This document shows, piece after piece, positions 1-12,319 of a stretch of 64,000 bases of DNA (the first letter of the stretch is position 1; the number at the start of each line of letters is the position of its first letter). The notes beneath the pieces were generated by a model, which worked only from the letters and a program-made list of their open reading frames with translations, was not told the origin of the DNA and did no database searches. A program made the position numbers and the translations under genes. The DNA comes from Callorhinchus milii (lineage: Eukaryota): the NCBI RefSeq assembly GCF_018977255.1, contig NW_024704743.1:13456001-13520000 (forward strand). Direction: 5' to 3'.

Positions 1-585
1 CTATTCTTACATAGCTAAGAATCTGTTGGTTATTCCATTAACATGTTAAAATAAGGAAGCAGCTGGAGTAGGAAATTAAATAAAATAACCACAATGTAAA
101 CATGTTCAATGTGTTTCTGCATAATTAGTGTAGAACGTTTTTAAAATAGAATAAAACCGTGAGCATCTACAGGAAAATTCCAACAATAATCCTATTAAAT
201 AGTGCTAACCGCAAAGTAAAATTGACCTGAATATTTAGTTTCTTTCAGTATTGAGAAATCAAACCTATACTCAAGCAGTCAGATTAGCACAATTTGATCC
301 AGGAACTCCTGGACCCAGGAAATCTAGAACGGAATTACATATTCCAATTAATATGTAAACTAATTTCTCATCATTGGGAGACCATTAAATAATGTAACAT
401 TGGTAAATTAATTGAGCCACATGCTTGTTTATGCCATCCAATGCTTTAAGCTCATCTACTTGTGGAGAATATTTTTTAAATTATATAATTAAGATAGAAG
501 CATAGCAAGTCAATCGTAGCTGTAGTGGTGCAAAGAAGCCAGTCAATGGCTCCAAATGAATGAAATAATGCCCTCATTTGGTTGT

Positions 586-776
586 CTACGTGGCTCCTTC
601 AATTGGTGCTCTGCGCCCACGTGCTGACTTGGGTCTGTGGCGTAGAGGTGTGGATGGTAACTCTGCTTCGCTTTCAGTCTCTGTTGTTTCATCTCCCTGC
701 AGTGAACCCGTGTCTCCTATAAGTTCACGGAGGAATTTGAACTTGGATAGGAACAGCTGCCATACCACATACCATC
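586..776 (-). CDS. SMIM13: Small integral membrane protein 13, coding exon 2
   Basis: Acceptor ...CCAG| before 776 on the minus strand. Translates (G)WYVVWQLFLSKFKFLRELIGDTGSLQGDE...KSARGRRAPIEGAT-TAG, closely resembling the recalled SMIM13 motif GWYFVWHLFLSKFKFLRELVGDTGS. The phase-1 junction fits exon 1. Confidence 0.93.
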
Positions 777-2819
777 CTGGAATATAACAGATCAGGATCA
801 TTCAGACAGTTATACTGTACACTTATCTATAAAACTATAATATATAGTCTTTCATGTAAAAGAAATGACTTTAAGAACTTCAAAAAGATAATTAAATAGA
901 AATGAATTATGTTATGGAGTGAACAGAATACACTTCCGTTTCCAGTACTGAATAGCCGGCTTCCTGCACACAACACAAAAGGTCTCCCGGTTTCTCGCAG
1001 TGCCCCTCTGCAGCTTATCAAGAGAGCAGTTGCTGGCCTCCAGAAGTGTCTTGTAACCTGCAACCATTTATACAGCACTAGCTGTTCCCATTGCAGCTAC
1101 GCTTGTAACCAAAGGACCCAATATGGAATGCAGATTAACACACAGACAGACATTTCATCTATACTCATCCAAGTCCTTTCAGGACTCCTGTGGGAGCACT
1201 CATTTTGGCTGTGCTGTTCTTTGAGTGGGCAAATCACTTTGGCAGCCGCGCTGTTCTTTGCTCTTTAGTTTCCTTCTCTTTTTTGTCTAGCATTGTTACC
1301 TATCCTTGAAAGGTTTGATTTTCACTTAGGCATCTTTATAATGATAAATATAAATGTGTAATTTAGAATCACTGGGACATCCTCCCTTGTGCTTTACAAA
1401 TGTAATTTTGTTGTTGTTGCCTTGTCTTAGCTTCACCTGTGTTCTTTATTTTGTTCATCATCAATCGGTTATTGAGATCCTTCTTGAAGCGCAGACAGAC
1501 ATTGTTGTTTTATTAGTACACAGAAAAGTATAATGCAGGGTCCATCTACTTATTAAACACTTACAACACAAGTCTCATTACAAAATTAAGGCCAAAGACG
1601 GTTGAAAGAATACTAAAATGATAGCTATTATAATACAGTAGAATCCCATTATAAACATGCTTTGTTATAACAGGGGTTTGCTTAGGTGTCATGTGGACCC
1701 ATGGCTTCCTAAGCTATAAAATAGCCAAGTTAGGGGCATTCAGATCACCACGATTCCTTCCTGCATGCTATGCATGTGCAGGAAGTAGGAATGCACAACC
1801 AGACATGCTGTCATAGTTAGTAAAGTTGCACATCAATGCACAACCTAAACTATTAGATTAGGTTAAGTTGTACAAGACCAGTTGTTTTTTGCGCAGATGT
1901 ACATATTACAGGAAGTGACATTGGTGACAACTGATGAACTGGAAGTCGAGCAGAAAGTCCTGTGATTCAGTCATGATTCAGAAACACTAACCAATGATTG
2001 TGCCCTGCTATAAGAGACGTTGGGACATCCTTTCAGAGGATGTTAGCAACAGTAAAATGAAGTAAACTTCTGTAAAAATAAGGGAGGGAAGCATTTTGCT
2101 GGAGGTTACTTTTGGATAATTTTGAATAAAAATTGTAATGGACAGGATCTCAATCTGTGCTTTCAATACATCTTATGTAATAGTTTCACTTCCTGCTCTG
2201 GACTAGCTTCATGTTCTCCTTGAGCTCTCAATTATTCCTAGTTTAAATATGATGCAGGAAGTGCTCTTAGCAAAATCTGCCATTGTTATTAAGTTTCTCA
2301 AAATGCAGTTTTGAAATTATAAAAATGAACCTATGAACCAAAAAAAAGTTACAACTGTATGCAAGTCTTGTGTAGTATTGAAAAAAAGCAGCAGAATCTA
2401 ACCTTGGAACATTTGATTTATTTCTTGTAGACATATATAAGTTTGAAATGGAGGGGCTGGTGACAGTCTAAATGGTTTGAAGATAAAAGTCAGAAAATTG
2501 CAAAGCTGGTGAAAACCAGTACTTCCTTCCTGCCAGTACAAAGCAATGTTTACAACAGTTACTTGTTGCAGCCTTGAAGGCCCTGTAATACTAAGTAAAC
2601 AACCCTCCATTTTCTATTCGGCCCTCTTTAGTCTCAATTGTTTACATTCCATGCATCACATACGTATAATTTCAACATATTTTCAAATTAGTTAAGAACA
2701 TTTATATATAATATATATAATAATCTTTGCATTTGATTATGTTGTTGAGACATCTCAAAGCGCTTCACAGAATATACTGAAAAGTAGTGTGATTGTGTTT
2801 TTTGAAGGTGAGCATAACA

Positions 2820-3610
2820 ATAACTTGCATTTGTTGTTATAGCACCCGTCACGCAGGTTAGTGTCCCAGAGCGCTTGACAGTGCTGGAGCATAACGCCGA
2901 GGTGACTGTAGGCACAGTCGAAGAGGAAGGTCTTCAGGCGTGATCTAAAGATGGGGAGGAAGGGGCAAGACAGAGGGATAGAGGAAGGATGTTCCAGAGT
3001 TTTGGGGAGTAGTGGCTGGAAGCATGACCACCAATGGTGGAACGGAGGGCACGAGGGACAAGCAGGAGGCCGGAACCAGTTGAGATGGTGGGTTGGGGAG
3101 TAAGCAACAGCAACAACAAGATTACATTTATATTGCGCCTTTGGACAGTTTACAGCATTTCAGACCCGAAAAAAAAAAAAGCAGGTCGGAGAAATAGGGA
3201 TGTGCCAGGACATGAAGGACTTTGAAAACGAGTTTGAGGATCTTCAAATCGATCCATTCGGCGATAGGGAGCCAGTCAGCTTGTTTGACAGACATCAAGG
3301 CCTGGATGAGCGCAAATTTCCTGCAGCTGAATGTCGGCAAAACGGAAGCCATTCATTGACTTCTATCAATATCTTCTCTCCTGTGGGTCTGAACTTCTCA
3401 ACCTCCCCGGGCTCTCCCTCAGACTCATGGAACCTGTGTGCAATTTCCACTTCAGGCTCCCAATTACTGAACGGATCGATTTCAAGATCGTCTCATTCGT
3501 TTTCAAATCCCTTCATGACCTCGCACCTCCCTACCTATCGAATAGGCTTACCCCCGACTCCCCCACCCACTGCCTCCGCTCGGCTGCGGGCTCCTGTTCG
3601 TCCTGTTGGA
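2820..3610. mobile_element. Two decayed L2 LINE 3' fragments (minus ~2820-3290, plus ~3330-3610)
   Basis: Remnant peptides WLPIAEWIDLKILKLVFKVLHVLAHPY and LPITERIDFKIVSFVFKSLHDLAPPYLS are typical of the L2 ORF2 C-terminus. Confidence 0.7.
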
Positions 3611-3689
3611 GCACTCGCCTCGCAAGTGAGAGACCTGGGTTCAATCTCAAAAGGCTTTTGACAAAGTGCCACATAAAAGACTTGTAAGA

Positions 3690-5128
3690 AAAATAGAAGC
3701 CCATGGTATAAAAGGGACAGTGGCAGCATGGATCTAGAACTGGCTGGGAGACAGATAGCAGAGAGTTGTGGTGAACGGTTGCTTTTCTGACTGGAGGGAA
3801 ATGTACAGTGGCGTCCCCCAGGGGTCGGTATTAGGACCACTGCTCTTCTTTATATATATATATATATATGATCTGGACTTGGGTATAGCAAGTACCATTT
3901 CCAAGTTTGCGGACGATACAAAGTTAGTAAGTGGTAAACAGTGAGAAGAATAGTAGCCAATTGCAGAAAGACATGGACAGAATGGTAAAATGGGCAGACA
4001 CATGGCAGATGAATTTCAATGTGGAGAAATGCGAGGTAATGCATTTTGGTAGAATGAATGAGGGGAGGCAATATAGACTGGTAATACAATCTTAAGGGGG
4101 GGTGAAAGAACAGAGAGACCTGGGGGTTCAGGTAAATTAATCCTTGAAGGTGGCAGGACAGGTAGATAAAGCTGTAAAAAGGGCATATGGGATACTAGGC
4201 TTTATAAATAGGGGCATAGAGTAAAAGTAGCTCAATGGTTGAGCACTCGCTTTGCAAGCAAGAGACCTGAGTTCAATTCCAGGCAGGGCGAAACCTTGGG
4301 CAAGTTTCCTTACTCCACACAGAGCCTAATAATAATCCCTCCAAAACCAAAAACAATAATAAATTGGTCATTTTCAACCCATGACTGTTTGTGGGACATT
4401 GCTGTGCGCAATTGGCTGCCGCGTTCGCCCACAAATATACAGTCAATTCACTTTACAGTGTGTTCTGTGAAGCGCTTTGGGACGTCCTCCTGACGTGAAA
4501 AGCGCTATATCAAATGCAAGGATTATTATTAAAAGAGTCAGGAGGTTATGATTAACCCATATAAAACACTGGTTAGGCCTCAGTTAGAATACTGTGCCCA
4601 GTTCTGGGCACCACACTATAGGAAGGATGTTAAGGCATTGGAAAGGGTGCAGAGGAGATTTACAAGGATGGTACCAGGAATGAGGGACCTTGATTATGAG
4701 GAAAGGCACGAGAGGCTGGGATTATTCTCACTGGAGCCGAGAAGGTTACAAGGAGACCTAATAGAGGTCTTCAAAATCATGAGGAGATTTGATAGGTTAG
4801 AAAGGGAAAAAACTGTTTCCACTGGTGGGTGTGTCGGTGACTCGAGGTCACAGATTTAAAATAGTTTCTAAAAGTAGGAAGTGAGAAGAAATTTTTTCAC
4901 GCAGTGAGTTGTTCGAATCTAGAACACATTGCCTGAAAGGGTGGTGGAGGCTGATTTGATAACAACTTTTAAAAACGCGGTGGATGGGTATTTGAGGAAG
5001 ATGGGTTTGCAGGGTTATGGGGAAAGGGCTGGGGATTGGGACTGACACTACATTGCTCTTTTCAAAGAGCCGGCACAGACTTGATGGGCCGAATGGCCTC
5101 TTTTTGTACTGTACGATTCTATGATTCA
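3690..5128 (+). mobile_element. CR1 LINE, 5'-truncated (RT C-terminal half and 3' end), interrupted by a SINE
   Basis: [22 protein letters not shown] and YKTLVRPQLEYCAQFWAPHYRKDV motifs; ends in ATTCTATGATTC. Confidence 0.9.
4228..4529 (+). mobile_element. tRNA-derived SINE nested in CR1
   Basis: A-box/B-box head, L2-like tail and (ATT)n end. Apparent target-site duplication TAAAAG at 4222-4227 and 4530-4535. Confidence 0.88.
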
Positions 5129-6069
5129 GTTTTGTTACTCTACACGCCCGTTTACCTAGCAGTAAGTAGCTTGTTCATCGATTGGTGGGTCGCTTTTCTG
5201 GGGGTAATAATCCCTACAAAAAAATAATAATATGGTTACTCAATCCATGACTGTTTGTGGACACTGCTGTGCACAATTGGCTGCCATGTTTCGGCCACAA
5301 AATTTACAGTCAATTCACTTTACAGTATATTCTGTGAAGCGCTTTGAGATGTCTCAAAGACATAAGGCGCTATATTAAATGCAAGGATTATTATTATAAC
5401 TCTCAGCCTCAATCCCTCACTCCCCACTTTCATATCCTGCCTAAAGACCTTCCTTTTTGATTGTGCTTAAGGCCACCTCCCCCCTCCCTCAGGGTCAGAC
5501 TCCGGCACTGTCAAGTGCTCCGGGACACTACTCCACGTAAAGTGCACTATATAAATGTAAGGTGTTGTGGTTGTAGCAATCTATTCTACTTGGGGAAGGG
5601 AAAATGTAGTAAGATGAATTGGCTCAGAGGAGAATCAGACAAGTCTGCAGTAATTTAGAAGTAAATATTTGATGAGCCTTTTTGGCACATCGACACTGGG
5701 AGCCACACACCCTATTAGGCAACCCTAGATCAGTCATGGTTGTCATATTAAAAATAAAATATTATGAAATTGATTCACATTTTAAAAACAGCCCAAAGCT
5801 TCTTTTTTCCCCCAACCATTAAAAATCCAAACTTTAAGTCATATTTATTAACTGCAGAAATCACTGCTGTACAATTGCTCTAAACAAATGTAGACTTGAA
5901 TTAATTTTCACTCTAAAAATATAAGGCAGATCATTTTTCCAACACTTGGCTTGGTAGTTGCAGCTGCGCATCACCCCTCTTCCCTCAGTAGTTTTTTCAG
6001 CACCCCACAGAAAATGAATTTTCTCTAAACTATCAAAAATGATAGTCAAATTATAGCAATTTAACAAAT

Positions 6070-6660
6070 CTATAGGAGACCATTTGGCCCACTGAGTCTG
6101 CACTGGCTCACAGAGCAAGGATATCACTTCAATCTCACCGCCTTATCCCCACACCTTTTTAAGCCCCTCTTGAATACCTATCTACTTCCCCTTTGAAAGC
6201 TACAAAGCACTCTGCCTCCACCTCCCTACTTGGCAGGGCATTCCATATCCCCAAATAATCTCTGGGTGAAAAAAATCCTCCTAAATTCTTCTTTCACTTT
6301 TCTTATGGCTATCTTATAATTAAGTGCCCTAGTTATTGACTTCCCTATCAGTGGAAATATCCCCTCTATTTACCTTAACAAAACCACTTGACTTTCTACA
6401 TCTCAACCAACTTCTCGAAACTCCACTCATAACTGTAGCTCTTCATCCGTAGAATCACTCTTGTAAACCTCTCATGCACTCCCTCCAAGGTCCTAACATC
6501 CTTCCCAAAGTGAGGTGCCTAGAACCGGATGCAGTACTCCAGTTGCAGCCTAACAATGATTTATACTATATATACATATAGCATAACTGTTTCACTTTTG
6601 TACTCTCTGCCCATGTGTATGAAACCCAACGTACTATTAGCCTTCTTTACAGCCTTTGTC
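6070..6660 (-). mobile_element. Decayed CR1 LINE 3' fragment
   Basis: The reverse complement resembles the LEYCIRF..PHFGKDV region and a CR1 3' UTR. Confidence 0.7.
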
Positions 6661-7966
6661 TACATTGGAGATGAATTAATATATTATTCATAATAACTCT
6701 TGCATTTGATATAGTACCTTTCTTTCATTTCAGGAGGACATCTCAAATAGCTTCACAGGATGTATAATAAAGTGTAGTAACTATATTTTGTAAGTAAATA
6801 GTCAAGGGAGGCAATACTTACCCTGCATTTTAAGAATTAGTGGAACCATGGCTATTCAATAATTACTGAATGCCAGATATATCTCGCATATGGTTTTCTT
6901 TGCCTATTACAATTTCAACTAACTACAACAAAAGTGGAAACTTTGGGATTCAGTGCACCTGAAGTTTCNAAAAAAATCAAAGCATTTCCAAACCCTTCAC
7001 ACAGCTTGGGTCGAGTTCTCCCAGGAACTCCGTGCTAACCTCTTGGTGAGCAGCACAGCTCTGAAATGCGTCAGATAATTGTTACTATCCTTCTCCCCAC
7101 AACTTTCTTTCGGATGACACGTTAAAATGAAGTCCAGTCTACCTGTTCAGGTGGACTTTAACAACCTCATTAGTTCTATTCAAAAGGTTCTCCTGGTTTC
7201 CCGACCAACAATTCTCCAGATAAAATTCATCACTCACTAAAACCGAAACCAATAATAAATTGGTCATTTTCAATCCACGACTGTTTGTGGGACATTGCTG
7301 TGCGCAATTGGCTGCCGCGTTCGCCCACAAATATACAGTCAATTCACTTTACAGTGTGTTCTGTGAAGCGCTTTGGGACGTCCTCCCGACGTGAAAAGCG
7401 CTATATCAAATGCAAGGATTATTATTATTATTATAATGGCAGTTTGTGAAAATATAGCTAACTGCAAATACAGCAACTCCACTTTAATGTGAGGCATTAA
7501 ATTGAGACATTCTCCCGATGTGAGTGGCACTGTATCAAATGAAAGACACTGTCATTCGGTATATGCTCCCAGTGGGGGGTCCAGAACCGAGTTCCCCACT
7601 GAGCGATCAGTTGGAGTTTGGAGTCTGAGCGACAGCTGAACCCACATTCCCCTCAAATAACAATCACCGCAAACAGCACCGAACCCCGACCACCAGAGCC
7701 CAGAGCCCACCTGCCGCCGCCCTCCCAAACCCGGTTCCTCATCAGTGGAGACATTCTCCTTCCTGAAGGTGTGAGGTGTTGAGCTTCATCCCAGTCCCAG
7801 TGTCAGTGTCACACTGAGCCCCTGAGTTCCTGATCTGCTGAGAGCTCAGGGGGCGGCGGCGGCGACTCGGGTCTCTGGGTACAGAGCAGCACCTGGTCAG
7901 TCAGGTCAGGTCAGGCCGCCGCCGCCGCCGCCGCTCTGCCTTCTCCCCTTCACGCCGTTTACTCAC

Positions 7967-8042
7967 CGAAGAGCAGGAAGAGCAGGACGCAGAGGAGAGT
8001 GGCGACCAGGACCAGCAGCGTCAGACCGATGCTCTGCAACAT
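7967..8042 (-). CDS. SMIM13: Small integral membrane protein 13, coding exon 1 (transmembrane helix)
   Basis: ATG at 8042-8040. Translates MLQSIGLTLLVLVATLLCVLLFLLF+G, then donor G|GTGAGT. 76+191 nt = 88 aa + stop. Not in the ORF track because it is too short. Confidence 0.93.
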
Positions 8043-8306
8043 CCTCGGCGGCTGCGGGTCTTACTGGGTGTCGGGGGCACCGCTAGGCCCAACATAACAC
8101 GGAGACCGAGGCCGCAGTAACACCGCCCCCACCGCGGGCGGTTGGCCGCCGGGACCGCGTAAGATTAAGACCGACCGGCGGGAGCTGTTGAAACCGCGAA
8201 CGGACTGAGAGCCGCACAACACCGGGACATGGGCTGTGAGCGCCGGCGACTGAGCTCAGCCCACAAACACTTGGTACTTTCCACACTGCGCCTGCGCTGC
8301 GCTGCG

Positions 8307-8393
8307 GCATGCCGGGAGCTGTAGTTCCCATCGCTTCCCCGGGGCCGGTGTCAGCGCCAAACACCGCGGGAGCGACTCCAGCTCCCGGCATGC
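8307..8393. promoter_or_regulatory. Pair of oppositely oriented ZNF143/THAP11-type (ACTACAnnTCCC) motifs
   Basis: ACTACAGCTCCCGGCATGC on minus (8325-8307) and ACTCCAGCTCCCGGCATGC on plus (8375-8393). Confidence 0.65.
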
Positions 8394-9764
8394 ACGTCAC
8401 CAGCCCACCGCCCCCTCCTCCGGACACCGTGATGGGAGAGAGGGAGAGAGAGGGAGAGCGCGGGGCGGCGGCCCGCGGGGCGGCTCTGGGCTCTGCACTT
8501 TACTGACAGAGGCACGAGTTACTGGGGCCGCGCAAACACCTCCACCCGAGCCAATGCGTTCCTCTTGCAGTGGAAGCAGCGCGTGTTGCTTTGTAATGGT
8601 GAGCTGCTGGTCGGGCTTTTAAAACCCTGTCTGCACTGCCATGGCGCCCTGACCTGACCTGACCTGTTGCTAGGTGACGCCCGGCCAGGCGCTGCGACAA
8701 CAACTTGCATTTATCCATGGCACGTCTGAGTGCACATCAGTGGCACAGCCCTGATGCCCATGAGCACAGTCCAAGAGGAAGTTAAACTCCGCCTTATCTG
8801 CCTGTTAAAGATCCTGTGGCGATTTCAGCCGCGTGTCTGACATCACTGCGCTTAAGAGTTTCCAAACCAAACTGAGAATTACATTTTTGCGTATCACACT
8901 ACTCACAAAGAAAAGGGGGGTCTATTCAAATAGAGCAGTATTTTTCTGTATAATAATAAGCACTTTTCGCATTAAGACGCGCTTACATAATTTATTAGAA
9001 TAAAACAAGGTGGTCCTGCAGGGAGGAGGGCAAGAGAAACCAAAAACCAGAAAGGACAGCTTGACTCAATAAATCTTGAGTGAAATATCTGCAATTTCCA
9101 TGTTTTACTCGCAACATGTTTGATTACAAATACACTGTCACGACTCTATGCTTTACAGTAAAATCCTGTGAAGTGATTTGAGATGTTTCATCAACGTGAT
9201 AAGGTGCAATATCAAATGCAACGATTGTTATTAATAAAGAAAATGTTGTCATTTACCAACTGATATATTAAAAGTTTGTAAAATGTTCTAACACCATGAA
9301 TAGATGTGGCCAGTATTATACAATGATCATATAATTTAATATTCAAATGGTAACTTATTAACTATTTAGAGTAATGCGCATTGTTACATAGAGTTACCTA
9401 GAATGGAAACAGACTATTCTGCTCAACTAGTCTGTGCCCGTGTTTATACTCCACACAAGCCCCCCACGCACCCTCTTCCAATCATCTATGCCCCATTATT
9501 CCTCTTCTATTTGATGAAGAAAGCTTTTTAGAAGAAGCTCATGATTGAGAGTCAATTGTTACAGTATTTCTGAGAGTCTCTGGGCCGGCAGATATTTCAT
9601 ACTTGATTTTAATTTAAAGAAAGCAGATTCAAGATTGGACTACAGTTAAACAGCCTCCAGTTTCAAAATGACCAATGCGAGATGGTCACAGTTTGATACA
9701 GATTCTGAAAGAGGATAAATATTTAAATGAGTTACTTTTTTTAACAAAATCTCACTTATGTGGT

Positions 9765-10160
9765 GTCGGCCTGGCTCAGTTGGTTACACTCTTGTCTCTG
9801 CATCAAAAATATTGTGGGTTCAAGGCCCATGTTGGGACATGAAACTCATATAGTCCAGATTGACACTCCAATTCTGCGCTGAGGATGTGCTGTATTGTTG
9901 AAGGTGCCATCCTTTGGATGAGACGGTAAACCAAAGGTCCCACCTGCCTGTTCAGGTGGACGATAAAGATTCCATGGCACTATTCAAAGAGAGAAGTTTC
10001 TCCTAGTGTCTTGGCCCCAACTAAAATTGGTCATTCACTTTATGGCTGTTTATGGGACATTGCTGTGTGAAAATTGGCTAATGCATTGGCTTACAAAATG
10101 CACAGACACTGCATTTTACAGTGTATCCTGCAAAGCACTTTGAGAAATCCTTTTAATATG
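9765..10160 (+). mobile_element. Deu-domain SINE (related copies at ~11630, 28920-29560, 37055, 44045-44480, 46400-46705, 56380-57160, 60545)
   Basis: tRNA-like head plus the core GGATGAGACGGTAAACC...AAAGATTCCATGGCACT...GTGTCTTGGCC, characteristic of the DeuSINE superfamily. Confidence 0.7.
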
Positions 10161-10926
10161 AAAAGCCCCTCTCTCAGTCTTGAGAGAAGACTCAGAGAAG
10201 ACCTCATAGACGTGTTTAACATTTTAAATGAGATTGAAAAATTAAACCCAGATCAATATTTTAGGAAGCACCAAGACAGTAAAACAAGAGACTGTAAGTT
10301 TCCATCTCTAAAGGGCAATTTCAGGACAGACAACAGGCCATTTTTCTTTACTCAGAGAGTAATTAAGGTTTCGACAGATTGAGACTAGGACACATAGCCC
10401 TGCAAACGTGTCCTCCCTAAATAATAGATAATTATTTGGGAAGGGCAGATTTACAGGTCTCTAGGGAGAGAGCGGGGGAGTGGGATTGATTTGCATAGTT
10501 TTTTTCAAAGAGCCGGCACAGACACAAAATATGACCAACTTCTGTGCTGTATAATTCTATGGTTCTCTGGTTCTATGAGACTGGACTCATTTAAAAAAAA
10601 CAGTTTGATTCTGTGATAGGGGAATGGTGGTGTGGGTGTTCTCGAAAGATAAGATCTGAAAAGCCTCCTTTATCCAAACCAATCTTGTGATCTTTTGATC
10701 TTGTGATATCAAATGCAAGGATTAGGATTATTATACCTCGTTTCCAAACATTTATTTGTATCCAAATTGTTTTTCAGTGAGTAGTTAAGGATGATTATAT
10801 GAAAAGAAACCCAATCTTCACTTGAAGCAACTACTGACTGTTCATTTTGGTTATTTAATGTTTTCACATCTGAGGACATTTAGGTGATAGTCTGTCAATT
10901 ATATTTCAGGTGATTAAGTTAGTCTA

Positions 10927-11298
10927 TAATAATAATACTTGCATTTGTTATAGCGCCTTATGACATCTTCAAGACATCTTAAAGTGAATCACAGAATATA
11001 CTGCAAAGTGAATTGGCCTTATATTTTGTGGGCGAAATGTGGCAGCCAATTGCTCACAGCAGTGTCACGCAAACAGTCGTGGATTGAGTGACCAAATTTT
11101 TAAAATTTATGTTAAAGTAATTATTACCCCCAGAAAAGCGATCTGCCAATCAACTATCAACCGGGTTCCTACTTACTGCTAGATAAACAGAGGCTTGTGG
11201 AATAAGGAAATTTGACCAATGTTTCACCCTGCCAGGAATCAAACCCAGGTCCTCTCGCATGCAAAGCGAGTGCTCGAACCACTAAGTTACAGGACTCC
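10927..11298 (-). mobile_element. tRNA-derived SINE, long subfamily (others at ~27646-27978 -, 36058-36412 +, 38622-38993 -, 40082-40404 -, 45065-45423 +, 49172-49541 +)
   Basis: Head GGAGTCCTGTA.CT.AGTGGTT.GAGCACTCGC, central CTCTGTTTA.CTAGCAGTAAGTAGGAACC, tail AAATGCAAG..TTATT. Confidence 0.85.
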
Positions 11299-11973
11299 TA
11301 TGAATAAATAGAATGTCTAAATACAATTACTCATCTGACATTTTTGAAATGACAATCCTAATAAGGAAAAGGATGTATTATATTATTATTTTTTAAAAGC
11401 AGAATAAAAAACGCGGTGGAAGGGTATTTGAGGAGGACGGGTTTGCAGGAAAGGGCTGGGGAGTGGGATTGACGTTACATTGCTCTTTTCAAAGAGCCGG
11501 CACAGACTCGATGGGTCGAATGGCCTCTTTTTGTGCTATACGATTCTATGATTCTATTAAATGGTAACAAAACCAGCATTAACATCAATGTCTGCAAATG
11601 CATGCTTTTCCTCGGTCTTATTTATATGTCAGCCTAACTCAGTTGATAGCATTCGCCTCTCTGAATCAGAAGATGGTGGGTTCAAGTGCCGTGCTTTGGA
11701 TGATATGGTAAACGGAAGTCCTGTCTGTCTATTCAGGTGGGTGTTACAGATCTCATGGTACTATTCAATAAGAGAAGTAAGTTTCTCCTGCTACCCTGCC
11801 AACAATGGAACATATACTGCGTGCAAATTGGCTGTTGCTTTTGCTTAAAATACAGGCACTCGGCATTACAGAAACACTTTGTGAAGCAGTTTTCAACATG
11901 GTATTTCATCAAATACTTCATCAAATACAATGATTATTATTAACAACATGTATGCTGTACATATGCACTAATT

Positions 11974-11987
11974 CCACTAGAGGGCAG
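11974..11987 (+). promoter_or_regulatory. Candidate CTCF site
   Basis: CCACTAGAGGGCAG matches the CTCF core consensus CCASYAGRKGGCRS. It lies in non-repetitive intergenic DNA. Confidence 0.5.
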
Positions 11988-12319
11988 AAGTATAACAGAA
12001 CATTGATGTGCAGTGATTGTATAGACTGGGCGTAGCTCAGGTTCAAACATCAATTGAAATCACTTGTCTGCCACGCCGTACAGAATATCAAATAGTAGTG
12101 CAGTTGATCATGCAGTATTTAACATTTTTTTTAAAAAACTACGACTCAAGCTGTTCAAAATCTGCAGATCTAATGATCAGTGCAATTTGACTAATAAATG
12201 GGGACTCATGTTCCATTTTTGATACGTATCGTGAGCAAAGCAGAATTAATTAAAACCGTACCAAAGCATTTCATCACAATTCATTCTCTTGACCCAAAAC
12301 AACCACAAAATACTTTTCT

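Larger units (their letters stand above)
7660..8720 (-). promoter_or_regulatory. CpG island / promoter of SMIM13
   Basis: GC- and CpG-rich block in AT-rich surroundings, covering exon 1. Has an NRF1-like TGCGCCTGCGC (~8287), two ZNF143-like motifs, a CRE-like ACGTCA (~8394) and a CCAAT (~8552). Confidence 0.8.

Noticed and set aside
1634..1680. Tigger/pogo-like terminus TA|CAGTAGAATCCCATTATAA
   Set aside because: I could not identify a convincing partner TIR.
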